A stretch of 42,154 bases of DNA from a virus. Lineage: Duplodnaviria; Caudoviricetes. The notes beneath the pieces are model-generated. The model searched no databases and was not told where the DNA came from. It was given only the letters and a program-made list of their open reading frames with translations. This document shows, piece by piece, positions 19,105 to 28,508 of this stretch. How positions within the stretch are numbered: the stretch's first letter is position 1; each line of letters opens with the position of its first letter. Location: positions 1-42,154 of the IMG/VR virus record IMGVR_UViG_3300010362_000043, one strand, 5' to 3'. The position numbers were made by a program, and so were the translations under genes.

Positions 19105-20283
19105 ATGGCCGAATTCATCGAACCGCCGATTGTCACGGAACCGGACGACCTTTCCCAAGAAGCGTTCGAATATCTGGAAGCCGCGATACCCGGATGGTTG
19201 CCGGCGCCCGGCAATCTGGATACGTGGCTTATCGAATCGCTCGCGCAACTGGCCGGCGAGCTTATGGACGTGGCGTCGGCCGTGCCCACGTCCATCTTCC
19301 GCTACTACGGAACGTCCGTCTTGGGCTTCCCGCCGTTGGTCGCGCAATCGGCCACGGGCACGACGACGTGGACGGCACGCGACGATCAGGGCTACACAAT
19401 CGACGCCGGCACGCTCGTGGGCATCGCGGCGGCGGGCGACGAACTCTTGCCGTTCGAAGTCCAGACGCAAACCGTCATTCCGCCCGGAGCGACCACGGTT
19501 GAAAACGTCGTGGTCGTCGCCGTGGACCCTGGCACGGACGCCAACGGACTGACCGCGCAACCGCAAGTCATCGACCCACTGGATTGGGTCGTGTCGGTCA
19601 TCTTGACCGGCGATCCGGCGCAAACGTCGGGTGGCGTCGATGAAGAAAGCGACGCCGACTACTTGGACCGACTCCATGAGCTTCTTACGCTCATGGCGCC
19701 GCGCCCGATCCTGCCCAACGACTTCGCGGTCATGGCGCGCACCGTTCCGGGCATCGGGCGAGCCACGGCCATCGACCTCTACAACCCTGGCCCGCCGCCA
19801 CAAACCAACGTCGAACGGTGCGTGACGGTGGTGGTCACGGGCGACGACGGCTACCCGGCCGCGCCTGGCACGGCTTCGCCGCCGACCGGGAAAGCCGGCG
19901 TCGATGCCGTTCTTCAAGCGGCCCGAGAAGTGAACTTCGAAGTGTTCGTGATCGACCCGACCTACACGGACGTGTCGGTCGATTTCACCTTCACGGTCTT
20001 TGCGCAATTCTCGGGCGCGAGCGTGGCGAGCGCGGCCATCCAAGCTGTGACCGACTACCTGTTGCCGGCCAACTTCGGCTTGGTTCCCTTCGGCGACCAA
20101 CCGCAATGGGTGTCGGACACCTACGTTCGGTATCTGGAAGTGGCCGAAGTAATCAACCGCGTGGAAGGCGTCTGGTACATCGTCACGCTCACCTTGAATG
20201 GCACCACGGCCGACGTGCCGTTGGCCGGCCCTGGCCCACTTCCACGACCGGGAGCGATCACGGGTAGCGCGGTGGCGCCATGA
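19105..20283 (+). CDS. baseplate J/gp47 protein
   Basis: GGVDEESDADYLDRL, DF..ARTVPGIGRA. Confidence 0.9.
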   Translation: MAEFIEPPIVTEPDDLSQEAFEYLEAAIPGWLPAPGNLDTWLIESLAQLAGELMDVASAVPTSIFRYYGTSVLGFPPLVAQSATGTTTWTARDDQGYTIDAGTLVGIAAAGDELLPFEVQTQTVIPPGATTVENVVVVAVDPGTDANGLTAQPQVIDPLDWVVSVILTGDPAQTSGGVDEESDADYLDRLHELLTLMAPRPILPNDFAVMARTVPGIGRATAIDLYNPGPPPQTNVERCVTVVVTGDDGYPAAPGTASPPTGKAGVDAVLQAAREVNFEVFVIDPTYTDVSVDFTFTVFAQFSGASVASAAIQAVTDYLLPANFGLVPFGDQPQWVSDTYVRYLEVAEVINRVEGVWYIVTLTLNGTTADVPLAGPGPLPRPGAITGSAVAP

Positions 20284-20951
20284 CCGAAGTTCCCACCGCG
20301 ACCGCGCTCGCGGTCATCGAAGCGCGCGACATACCGCCGCCGCCCACGCTTGAGTCGTTCGCGGACGACCTCTACGACTCCATGCTTCCGGTCGCATGGC
20401 TGGACGGCGAATCGGGTTGGCACCTGGCGTTGTATTGCGCCGCCGTGGGGGTGATGTTCCAGTGGGTTGCGTCACTGGCCCGAGACACGCCCGAAGGGCC
20501 AGGATGGTCGGCGGTCATGGACTTGGCCCGGTGCCCGGACGATTGGTTGCCGTGGCTTGGCCAGTTCGCCGGCGTCACGGTTCCGCCCGACCTCACGCCG
20601 GCGCAAGCGCGCGTGTGGATCGCGCAGACGGACGGCTTCCGGCGTGGCACGCCGGCCGCGCTCCGAGCGGCGACGCAAAAGACGTTGACCGGCTCGCGAA
20701 CGGTCGTCATGCAGGAACGGCTAGGCGGCAACGCCTACGTGTTGGGTCTTTACACGCTCACGAGCGAAACGCCCGACCAAGACGCCACGCTCGCGGCGAT
20801 CCTCGCGCAAAAGCCGGCCGGCATCCGACTGGACTATTCGGTCGGTCCGGCGAACACGTATCAAGCCATCGAAATCGCCTTCGCGGACTACGCGGCCGTG
20901 AAAGCCGCGTTCCCCACCTACGGCCATATGGCGGCGGGTATCTCGACATGA
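20280..20951 (+). CDS. baseplate protein (P2 gpI-like)
   Basis: CPDDWLPWLGQFAGV, RRGTPAAL, QKPAGI. Confidence 0.85.
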   Translation: MTEVPTATALAVIEARDIPPPPTLESFADDLYDSMLPVAWLDGESGWHLALYCAAVGVMFQWVASLARDTPEGPGWSAVMDLARCPDDWLPWLGQFAGVTVPPDLTPAQARVWIAQTDGFRRGTPAALRAATQKTLTGSRTVVMQERLGGNAYVLGLYTLTSETPDQDATLAAILAQKPAGIRLDYSVGPANTYQAIEIAFADYAAVKAAFPTYGHMAAGIST

Positions 20952-21643
20952 CGATTCAGCACACGCCAATTTTGCAACTGCCGTATCCGCAATCGACGGA
21001 TTCGGCGGACGTGCCGCGCGACGTTCAGGCGTTGGCCGAGAAGTTGGATTCGCCGGCCGGCGCGGGTGGCATCTTCATTGTCGGAGAAGTCCGCTTCATC
21101 GCCATATCGACCGCGCCACGCGGGTGGCTACCGTGCGACGGCGCGCCCGTATCGCGCACGACTTACGCGGCCCTGTTCGCCGCCATTGCCGCCGTCTACG
21201 GGCCAGGCGACGGTTCCACCACGTTCAACGTGCCCGACCTTCGTGGCCGCACGCCCGTTGGCGCCGGCCAGGGGTCGGGCTTGATCATGCGCACGGCCGG
21301 CACGCGATGGGGAGTGGAAGCCGTCGTGTTGTCCATGCCGCAAATGCCGGCCCACGCCCACAACGGCGCCACGGGCGGTTCCGGTAGCACGTTGAACCAT
21401 CGTCACTTCGCTAACCCTAATTCGTGGTTTCAAATCACGAACCTTACGGCTGGACTTTCGCCGGACGGTGGCGCGCAACCCGGATGGTTTCCGAATACCT
21501 ATGCGGCCACGACCGGCGACGCCAACGCCAACCTTGACCACGTTCACACGATACCTAGCAACGGCGGCAACGAAGCCCACGACAACACGCCACCTTCTCT
21601 TGCCATCCCTGCCTACATCTTCGCGGGAGTGATTACGCCATGA
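20948..21643 (+). CDS. tail fibre / tail-collar protein
   Basis: APRGWLPCDGAPVSRTTYAALF...GDGSTTFNVPDLRGR; AHDNTPP. Confidence 0.88.
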   Translation: MTIQHTPILQLPYPQSTDSADVPRDVQALAEKLDSPAGAGGIFIVGEVRFIAISTAPRGWLPCDGAPVSRTTYAALFAAIAAVYGPGDGSTTFNVPDLRGRTPVGAGQGSGLIMRTAGTRWGVEAVVLSMPQMPAHAHNGATGGSGSTLNHRHFANPNSWFQITNLTAGLSPDGGAQPGWFPNTYAATTGDANANLDHVHTIPSNGGNEAHDNTPPSLAIPAYIFAGVITP

Positions 21644-21867
21644 CCCTGCAAGTCTTCGTGTCGGTTTCGTTCCAAGTCGAATCGTCGGCCGACGTTGAAA
21701 GCGTGGTCAACGCTTGGGCGTTGCCCGAAGGCGCGGTGGTTTCCGCGACCGCAAGCGAACAGATAGTGCAAGGAACGGTCGCGGATGGCCAAATCACCGC
21801 GCCGTCGCCGCCGCCCGAGCCGCCGCCCGTCGTGGCGCCGACCAACGGCGAGGAACCGGCGCCATGA
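21640..21867 (+). CDS. hypothetical protein
   Basis: ATGA overlaps on both sides. Confidence 0.65.
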   Translation: MTLQVFVSVSFQVESSADVESVVNAWALPEGAVVSATASEQIVQGTVADGQITAPSPPPEPPPVVAPTNGEEPAP

Positions 21868-22514
21868 AGCTCGGGCAACGCGGAGCGGACCTCATAAAAG
21901 GCTTCGAAGGGTTCCGGTCAAAGCCCTACCGGGATTCGGTGGGCGTGTGGACGATTGGTTACGGATCGACCAAGGGCGTCGGCCCGAACACGCCGGCGAT
22001 AAGTCAGAGGGCGGCCGAAGACCGCATGCGTCGCGAAGTGGACGACACCTACGGCCGCGCCGTGAACGGAATCTCGGGCTTGAACCAAAACCAACACGAC
22101 GCGCTTACGTCGTTCGTCTACAACGTCGGCCCTGGCGGCATCGGCCCGAATACCGGCATCGGCAAGGCGCTTCGCGCGAAACAATGGAACCGCGCCGCCG
22201 ACGAACTCTTGAAGTGGGATAAAGCGGGCGGGCGTCCGTTGGCCGGCTTGACGCGCCGGCGCCAAGCCGAACGCAAGTTGTTCCTGACGCCGGCCGATTC
22301 GCTCGCCGGCTACACGGATTCCGAAAAGCGCTGGATTCGGGAATACGACGACCTGAAACGGCGCAACAAAGACCCACAACGGCGGACCGTGTTGCGGCGC
22401 GTCATGGCCGAACAACGCCAACGAATCTGGCAAGCGGCCGAACACGAACGCGATGGCTGGAACAAAGCCAACCGCCGTAAGCGTTGGAACTCTCTCAAGG
22501 CGCGGACATCATGA
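21864..22514 (+). CDS. endolysin 1, GH24 lysozyme with basic C-terminal domain
   Basis: FEGFRSKPYRDSVGVWTIGYG, DALTSFVYNVG, GLTRRRQAERKLF. Confidence 0.92.
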   Translation: MKLGQRGADLIKGFEGFRSKPYRDSVGVWTIGYGSTKGVGPNTPAISQRAAEDRMRREVDDTYGRAVNGISGLNQNQHDALTSFVYNVGPGGIGPNTGIGKALRAKQWNRAADELLKWDKAGGRPLAGLTRRRQAERKLFLTPADSLAGYTDSEKRWIREYDDLKRRNKDPQRRTVLRRVMAEQRQRIWQAAEHERDGWNKANRRKRWNSLKARTS

Positions 22515-22642
22515 CCGACCAAATGCCGGACTTCGCCGCCGACGAAGCGACGATTCCGCCCGACGAAATCGAAGACGACGAAATCGTGGCGGACGACGAA
22601 ACCCGAGCCAAGCCCGACCAACCCGAAGACAATGGCCAGTAA
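22511..22642 (+). CDS. acidic peptide, 43 aa (not in ORF track)
   Basis: ATGA overlap; MTDQMPDFAADEATIPPDEIEDDEIVADDETRAKPDQPEDNGQ. Confidence 0.65.
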   Translation: MTDQMPDFAADEATIPPDEIEDDEIVADDETRAKPDQPEDNGQ

Positions 22643-23297
22643 CGGACGGCTTCCCGACTCGCAACTTGCCGATATCCCTGGCGGGCGATTGACCAAGCCC
22701 GCCGCCGCGTCGTGGGGTCGGCTACGCGCGAAGATCGGCAAGGCGACCGGCCAATGGATATGCCCGACCTCCACGCGCACGGCTTATCGGCCCTACGCGG
22801 ACCAACAATACTTCTGGAATCTCTACCAGTCCGGCAAGGGTTCGCTCGCCGCCCGGCCAGGCACGTCGAACCATGGGTGGGGGGTTGCGGTCGATGTGCC
22901 GACGCCGGCCATGGCTCAAGCGATCAACCGCTACGGCGCCGAATACGGATGGCAGAAGAAATGGTCGGACGCGCCGTCCGAGTGGTGGCACTTCAAATAC
23001 GCGCCCGAGCATGACCAACACAAAGGCGAGAAGCCGCGCGAACAGAAGCACCCGTACCACGTCCTGACCGCCGACGAAAAGCAACGGCGAAACGTGTTGG
23101 TCAAGGAACGCCGGATAGCCAAGCGCAACGGCGGGTGGTCGAAGGTGGACGCGTCGCACCTTCGCCGCGCCACCGAAGCGAAGAAGTGGCTTGCCAACCA
23201 AGCTCGGCAAATCGAACAGGTGGCGAAGCGCGACGGGTGGGGGAAGGCGAACCGTCGTCGCCGCCACGACTACATCGAAAAGTTGGTGAATGGATGA
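22632..23297 (+). CDS. endolysin 2, M15/VanY-like peptidase with basic C-terminal domain
   Basis: NGRLP, AYRPYADQ, AARPGTSNHGWGVAVD, EWWHF. Confidence 0.9.
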   Translation: MASNGRLPDSQLADIPGGRLTKPAAASWGRLRAKIGKATGQWICPTSTRTAYRPYADQQYFWNLYQSGKGSLAARPGTSNHGWGVAVDVPTPAMAQAINRYGAEYGWQKKWSDAPSEWWHFKYAPEHDQHKGEKPREQKHPYHVLTADEKQRRNVLVKERRIAKRNGGWSKVDASHLRRATEAKKWLANQARQIEQVAKRDGWGKANRRRRHDYIEKLVNG

Positions 23298-23464
23298 CAG
23301 AACAACCGCCCGACGCCGACAACCCGGACATGGCCGACGAACCCGATCCGGCGTTTGACGAAACCGACGACGAAGCCGGCGAGTCGCCCGAGCCGGACGA
23401 ACCGCCCGCCGAACCCGACGAACCGGGCGACGCGGATTCGCCGCCGCCCGCCGAAGCAAGTTAG
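23294..23464 (+). CDS. acidic Pro-rich peptide, 56 aa
   Basis: ATGA overlap; MTEQPPDADNPDMADEPDPAFDETDDE...; followed by a terminator. Confidence 0.65.
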   Translation: MTEQPPDADNPDMADEPDPAFDETDDEAGESPEPDEPPAEPDEPGDADSPPPAEAS

Positions 23465-23483
23465 CCGTTCGACCCGACGAATT

Positions 23484-23514
23484 TGGGCGCCGCACCACGC
23501 GGCGCCCATTTTTT
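23484..23514 (+). terminator. late-operon terminator
   Basis: TGGGCGCCGC-ACCAC-GCGGCGCCCA-TTTTTT. Confidence 0.9.
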
Positions 23515-23639
23515 GTGCCCGACGTGGCACCGTGCGGCGGTTTTTGGCGCGCTTGCAGGTAATTTGTAACCGACGCGTGAAGCGCGGTAGAGTGCCCGTC
23601 CGGAGAGGGAAAGACGACTTGCGCGGGAGGGTCCGGCTT

Positions 23640-23864
23640 ATGAAGACGCCCGACGCCGACGCCATCGCCTACGCGATAGCGGCACGGTCCAACGGCGACC
23701 AATCCGCACGGATAGACCTACGTGGGCATGACGCCGAAGAATTGGGCGTTCTTTTTGCGGATCACCTGGCCGGAATGACGCCGGCCGACGCCATGGGAGA
23801 AGCGCTCGCGGTTGGCTTCATCGCCGGCCGGCGCGCCGCGACGCTACCCGCTTCGGTCCCGTAG
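23640..23864 (+). CDS. hypothetical protein
   Basis: RBS GGGAGG; converges on the repressor gene. Confidence 0.55.
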   Translation: MKTPDADAIAYAIAARSNGDQSARIDLRGHDAEELGVLFADHLAGMTPADAMGEALAVGFIAGRRAATLPASVP

Positions 23865-24248
23865 CCGCTCAAGCGCCGCCCGCGACATGGACAACGCTTC
23901 GTCGCGCGACAGAAGGGCGTCGGTCAACGCGTCGAAGCGGATATCCAGCGCGTCCGTGAATGCCGCCGTGAGCGCGCGCATTTGATCGGCACTGTTGTTC
24001 TTCTCGCCGGCGAAGCCGGCTTCCATGAACTCGCGCGGTACGTCGCATAGGTCCGCGAGCGCGTGAAGGTCGTCTAGCGATATCTCGCGCGAGCCGCGTT
24101 CCATGCGCTTGATCGTCACGACCGACACGCCGAGCTTCTTGGCGAACTCGGCTTGGTCAAGGTCCGCGAACGCGCGCGCTGCGCGCATCCGCGCGGCCCT
24201 GGCCGTGCGCACGGCGACCTTCTCTGTCTCTTTGTCGTCGCGCTTCAT
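23844..24248 (-). CDS. XRE-family immunity repressor
   Basis: HTH LDQAEFAKKLGVSVVTIKRMERG; divergent from a Cro-like gene. Confidence 0.8.
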   Translation of the reverse strand: MKRDDKETEKVAVRTARAARMRAARAFADLDQAEFAKKLGVSVVTIKRMERGSREISLDDLHALADLCDVPREFMEAGFAGEKNNSADQMRALTAAFTDALDIRFDALTDALLSRDEALSMSRAALERLRDRSG

Positions 24249-24430
24249 TGGATCGTCGTTCCCTTCAACCGCGACCTTCGCACAGGATCATCCACAACAT
24301 TACGTGAATGCGTGCCATCGTGCGCAATCATGTTCCAGAATGCGCCGGATGGAACCATATTGGCGTGCTTGCGTTCCAATCTAGGTGTAGGTCTTGACAC
24401 TTTACGATCCATGGTGATACGGATGGCGCC
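24249..24430. promoter_or_regulatory. lysis/lysogeny switch region
   Basis: AT-richer gap; TTGACA at 24394; inverted half-sites GTTCCA(24332), TGGAAC(24350), GTTCCA(24373). Confidence 0.65.
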
Positions 24431-24877
24431 GTGGGAAACGCAACGCCGGAACCGCCCGGCCAAGCCCTCTCGCGCCTTCGTATCGCGGCGGGCTTGAGCG
24501 CTCGACAACTGGCCGAACTGGCCGGCGTGTCGCACACGGCGGTGAGCCAGGCGGAACGCGGGCGCGCGGTCAAGCGCGACGTGTTGGCCGCGCTGGAAGG
24601 CGTGTTGGGTCCGAAGGTCCGCGAAGTCGTGGCGGTTTGGCCGGCCCTGCCGACCGACGACACGGCCGTGGCGAAGGCGTGCCGCGACATGGGCGAGTCG
24701 GTCGCCGAAGCGGCCAAGCGCGCCGGCGTGAGCCACGACGTGATGCGTCGGGCGGCAAGCGGCGAGCGCGTCCATCCGGCCAACGCCAAGAAGATCGCGG
24801 ATGCCTTCGGGCTGGACGTGTCCGACGTGTTGCCGCTTCCCCCATCGCACAAGGGCCACAACCGCCAAGCCGCATGA
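24431..24877 (+). CDS. Cro-like protein with tandem HTH domains
   Basis: LSARQLAELAGVSHTAVSQAERG and SVAEAAKRAGVSHDVMRRAASG. Confidence 0.8.
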   Translation: MGNATPEPPGQALSRLRIAAGLSARQLAELAGVSHTAVSQAERGRAVKRDVLAALEGVLGPKVREVVAVWPALPTDDTAVAKACRDMGESVAEAAKRAGVSHDVMRRAASGERVHPANAKKIADAFGLDVSDVLPLPPSHKGHNRQAA

Positions 24878-25059
24878 AGCGCGGCTTCGGATGGCCCGCA
24901 TGGCTGGAAGCCCGTAGACGGCTTCTCCCGGCCCGAACCGAGCGGCCCGACCGAATCCACGCGCGAGCCGACGAACGGGCCGCACGCGCGGCCCTGGCGC
25001 CCGCCACGGGCGACGTGGCGCCTTCCCCCATCCACCCGCCGACCGAACGGAAGCGATGA
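24874..25059 (+). CDS. hypothetical protein
   Basis: ATGA overlaps with both neighbours. Confidence 0.45.
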   Translation: MKRGFGWPAWLEARRRLLPARTERPDRIHARADERAARAALAPATGDVAPSPIHPPTERKR

Positions 25060-25970
25060 CCACCGAACTTGCGAGCCGGCGCGTGCCGGCGATGGCGATG
25101 GGTTCCCTCTCGGACCCCAAGGAACTCGGAACGATGCTCGCGGCATCGCACTACTTCGAAGACGCCAAGGATGCCGCCCAAGCCGTCGTGAAGGTCTTGG
25201 CCGGCCAGGAACTCGGTTTCGGCCCGATTGCGTCGATGACCGGCGTTTTCATCGTGAAGGGTCGCGTCACCTTGAGCGCGAATCTTATGGCCGCTTCGAT
25301 CAAGCGCCACCCGAAATACGACTTCCGCGTGAAAGACCTGACCGACGACCGGGCGTCCGTCGCGTTCTTCGAAGCCGGAAAGGAAGTCGGCACGTCGGAC
25401 TTCACGATGGAAGACGCGCGCAAAGCGGGCTTGGCCAATCAGGACAACTGGCGCAAGTACCCACGGAACATGCTCTTTGCGCGCGCGTTGTCCAACGGCG
25501 CGAAGTGGTTTTGCCCGGACGTGTTCGCCGGCGCGCCCGTCTACACGCCCGACGAACTCGGCGTGGAGATAGACGCCGAAACGGGCGAGATTTTGGAAGG
25601 CACGATTGCCACGGTCACGACGGAACCCTCAAAGCCCGCCGAACCGTCCGAGCCGGAACCCGCTTCAAATCCTCCCGAAGCGGCGCCGGCGAGTGCGGGC
25701 GCGGACGCGGCCGACGCCATGGGAGAGGGCGAGGAAAAGCCGGCGTCGGCCGCGCCGTCCGACGAAAACCGCCAGGTGACGGATGAAGAAGTGGCGGCGC
25801 TCACGGAATACCTGAACGCGCTTCACGCGCCCGATTCGTTCCGGACCTTCGCGCGGATGGCGTTCGGCGCGGCGGACTTCAAGGCGTTGTCGGTCGGCCA
25901 GGCGCGAACGATCATGAACGAAGCCAAGGAACGCGCCGCCCAAGCCGGGTGGAAGGCGGCGGCAACATGA
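25056..25970 (+). CDS. single-strand annealing recombinase (RecT-like)
   Basis: AGQELGFGP, FTMEDARKAGL, NWRKYPRNMLFARA, YTPDELG. Confidence 0.75.
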   Translation: MTTELASRRVPAMAMGSLSDPKELGTMLAASHYFEDAKDAAQAVVKVLAGQELGFGPIASMTGVFIVKGRVTLSANLMAASIKRHPKYDFRVKDLTDDRASVAFFEAGKEVGTSDFTMEDARKAGLANQDNWRKYPRNMLFARALSNGAKWFCPDVFAGAPVYTPDELGVEIDAETGEILEGTIATVTTEPSKPAEPSEPEPASNPPEAAPASAGADAADAMGEGEEKPASAAPSDENRQVTDEEVAALTEYLNALHAPDSFRTFARMAFGAADFKALSVGQARTIMNEAKERAAQAGWKAAAT

Positions 25971-26188
25971 CCCTCTCGCCGCAAATGGACGCGACGCTTT
26001 GGGCCATCGTCAACCAACCCGGCAAGCTCCCCAATAGCTATCCGGGCGGCGGTCGCACGGTCGGCGCGCTTCGCCGGCGCGGGTTGGTCCGCTACGACCC
26101 GGTGATGGTCTTCGGCATGGAAGCCGACGCCGTATATCCCACCGCGTCTGGTCTTCGCGTGGCGCACGGCGGCGAAGTGCGGCTATGA
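25967..26188 (+). CDS. hypothetical protein (small wHTH-like)
   Basis: Translationally coupled; RTVGALRRRGLV. Confidence 0.55.
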   Translation: MTLSPQMDATLWAIVNQPGKLPNSYPGGGRTVGALRRRGLVRYDPVMVFGMEADAVYPTASGLRVAHGGEVRL

Positions 26189-26916
26189 CCGCGACGGCCA
26201 CCGAACCGACCCGGCTGGAACGCGTCGTGGCCGGCATCGGAACCATCTTCTACGAAGAAAAGCGCGACCGCGCCGGACGCGAGCGCCGCAACTATTGGCT
26301 CTTGCCCGAAGGCGGCACGCGGCGCCAGTCGCTTACGTCGGTCACGACGATTCTTCGCGGCACCTGGCCCAAGCCCGGATTGTTGGAGTGGTACGCGCGC
26401 GAAGGCGAAGGCGTGGATACCGCGTTGGAACGCGCGTCGGCTCGTGGCCGAGCGGTTCACAAGTTCGTGGAAGTGTTCATGACCACGGGCGACATTCTGC
26501 CGTTCGACGCCTTCCCTTCGGACTACGCGCCGTATCTGCAAGCCATCGCGCGCTTCCTTTGGGAATACGACCCCAAGCCCATCGCGGTCGAACGCTTGGT
26601 GGCCTACCCGGAATTCGGCTACGCGGGCCGGCTGGACTTGATCGCCGCGCTGGACGACGAACCCACGCTTCTGGACTTCAAGTCCAACCCGAAGGGTCGC
26701 ATCTACTCCGAAGCGCACGTTCAGGCGCACGCCTACCGGATCGCGGAGAAGAAGTGCGGTGGCGTGGACGTGGCGCGCGTCGCGTTGGTCGGCGTGGCCG
26801 AAGACGGCACCTACAACGTGGTGGCCGGCGCCGACGCGTCGAAGATGTGGGGTTCGGTCTTGGACTTCTATAAGACGCTTGGCCGCTTCGAACGCGAGTT
26901 GGAGAAGGTCGCGTGA
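26185..26916 (+). CDS. PD-(D/E)XK exonuclease
   Basis: SVTTIL, RGRAVH, YAGRLDL, LLDFKS, Q..AY. Confidence 0.85.
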   Translation: MTATATEPTRLERVVAGIGTIFYEEKRDRAGRERRNYWLLPEGGTRRQSLTSVTTILRGTWPKPGLLEWYAREGEGVDTALERASARGRAVHKFVEVFMTTGDILPFDAFPSDYAPYLQAIARFLWEYDPKPIAVERLVAYPEFGYAGRLDLIAALDDEPTLLDFKSNPKGRIYSEAHVQAHAYRIAEKKCGGVDVARVALVGVAEDGTYNVVAGADASKMWGSVLDFYKTLGRFERELEKVA

Positions 26917-27482
26917 AGACGTGCCCGGAGTGTGGCCAGTCCAAGCCGCTTCGGTCGGGCTTCTATCGCTGGAAGAACGACGGCAAGCCGTATTGGTCGC
27001 GCGTCTGTCGCGTGTGCGTGCGCGAGCGCTCGCGCCGCAACTACCGCAAGAACATGGCCGACCCCTACACGGCCGAGAAGGAACGCGAGCGCCGGCGCAA
27101 CTACCCGGATCGCAAGGGGCCACAGAACGCGGAGCGCTGCAAGCGCTATCGCGAGCGGATGAAACGCGAGCGGCCCGACGCCTACGCGCGATATCTGGAA
27201 GACGCGCGGATGCGTCGCAAGCTCGCCAACGAACTGGCGGGCAAGACGCTTCGGCCGGCGACGACGAATTGGGTCGGCAAGGGCCACTACGTCTACCTTG
27301 ATCCGGCGCCGATCCTGACCGTGGCCCTGGCCATGAAGGATACGGCCGACCCGACCGTGGCGCGGTCCATCCGGCGTCTGATTACGGGCGAGTCTCGCCA
27401 CGTCGAATTGTCCGTGGTGGACGCGATCACGCTCCGCGCCGGCTTGTCGCCGCACGACGTTTACCCGGAGTTGGTGGCATGA
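26913..27482 (+). CDS. Zn-finger-containing DNA-binding protein
   Basis: KTCPECGQSKP...CRVC N-terminus. Confidence 0.65.
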   Translation: MKTCPECGQSKPLRSGFYRWKNDGKPYWSRVCRVCVRERSRRNYRKNMADPYTAEKERERRRNYPDRKGPQNAERCKRYRERMKRERPDAYARYLEDARMRRKLANELAGKTLRPATTNWVGKGHYVYLDPAPILTVALAMKDTADPTVARSIRRLITGESRHVELSVVDAITLRAGLSPHDVYPELVA

Positions 27483-27895
27483 CCGATTACGCCTTGACCC
27501 TGGCCGTCTTCGACGCCGGCGAAGCGCGAGACAAACTCCGCGAAGCCACGCGCGTGGTCTTGGACTTGGAAGCCGCCTACGAAGCGGCCGTGAAGGAAGC
27601 GGCCGAAACGGAAGCCTTCTACCGCATTCGCCTGGCCGAGACATTCCGCGCTCACCGCGACACGGGCGCGGCCGTCGAAGCGGCCAACACGCTCGCGCGC
27701 GGCGAGTGCGCGAACGAATCGAAGGCGCGCGACCAAGCGGCCGGCATGCTCAAGTTGGCCGGCGAGAAGTTGGAAAACGCGCGCGACACGCGCCGGTCGC
27801 TTTGGCGGCTCGTGGAGTGGGCGCGCGACCGCGACCTAGCCACGGTCAGGGCCGGCCAACAACTGACGAGCGCGAACGCGTCGTGGCCGTCATGA
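27479..27895 (+). CDS. hypothetical coiled-coil protein
   Basis: Coupled, helical ORF. Confidence 0.65.
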   Translation: MTDYALTLAVFDAGEARDKLREATRVVLDLEAAYEAAVKEAAETEAFYRIRLAETFRAHRDTGAAVEAANTLARGECANESKARDQAAGMLKLAGEKLENARDTRRSLWRLVEWARDRDLATVRAGQQLTSANASWPS

Positions 27896-28020
27896 AGCCG
27901 CCGCCGAAGCCCGACCCGAAGTGCGGCTTCTGCCAGGGGAAGCCGGTCTATTCGGCATCGCATTGGATCGGCGGGCCGCGCCGCGTCGTGCCATGCCCGC
28001 GTTGCGGTGGCATGCCGTGA
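27892..28020 (+). CDS. small Zn-ribbon peptide
   Basis: CGFC...CPRC; ATGA and GTGA overlaps. Confidence 0.55.
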   Translation: MKPPPKPDPKCGFCQGKPVYSASHWIGGPRRVVPCPRCGGMP

Positions 28021-28508
28021 GCGAAGAACTCGCGTTGTCGTGGGCCGAATACGCCATGGGCGCGCACGTCGGCTACCTACGGCGCGTTGTCTCCATTGCG
28101 AAGGGATATCGCACGCTGGACGCGCCCACGTCCAAGACCGACGACGACGTGGAAGGCGCCGTGGCCGAATTGGTCGTGGCCAAAGCGCTACGAACCTATT
28201 GGGATGGTTCCGTGGACGCCATCCACTCGCCCGACGTGGACGGGTGGATTCACGTTCGCCATTCGCTCCGCGCCGATGCTCATTTGATCGTCAAGCCACG
28301 CGACCTTGAGCGCGGCTACGGCGGCGACGCCTTCGTGTTGGTCACGGGCGCGCGCGGCACCTACACGATCCACGGATGGATTCTCGGGCACGACGCGGCG
28401 AAGCCCGAGTGGACGCGCAATCCCAACGGCTACGGCGCGTCGTGGTTCGTGCCGGCGTCGGCGCTTCATCCAATCGCCCAACTACGGACCACGAAGGTGG
28501 CGGCATGA
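28017..28508 (+). CDS. hypothetical protein, possible nuclease-like fold
   Basis: EGAVAELVVAK, PDV, IHGWI, WFVP..LHP pattern. Confidence 0.6.
   Translation: MSEELALSWAEYAMGAHVGYLRRVVSIAKGYRTLDAPTSKTDDDVEGAVAELVVAKALRTYWDGSVDAIHSPDVDGWIHVRHSLRADAHLIVKPRDLERGYGGDAFVLVTGARGTYTIHGWILGHDAAKPEWTRNPNGYGASWFVPASALHPIAQLRTTKVAA

Noticed and set aside
17940-21600. Diversity-generating retroelement TR/VR pair
   Set aside because: No reverse transcriptase; similarity is short and differences are not adenine-specific.
26185-26916. Cas4 call for the exonuclease
   Set aside because: No Fe-S cysteine cluster; recombination-module context.
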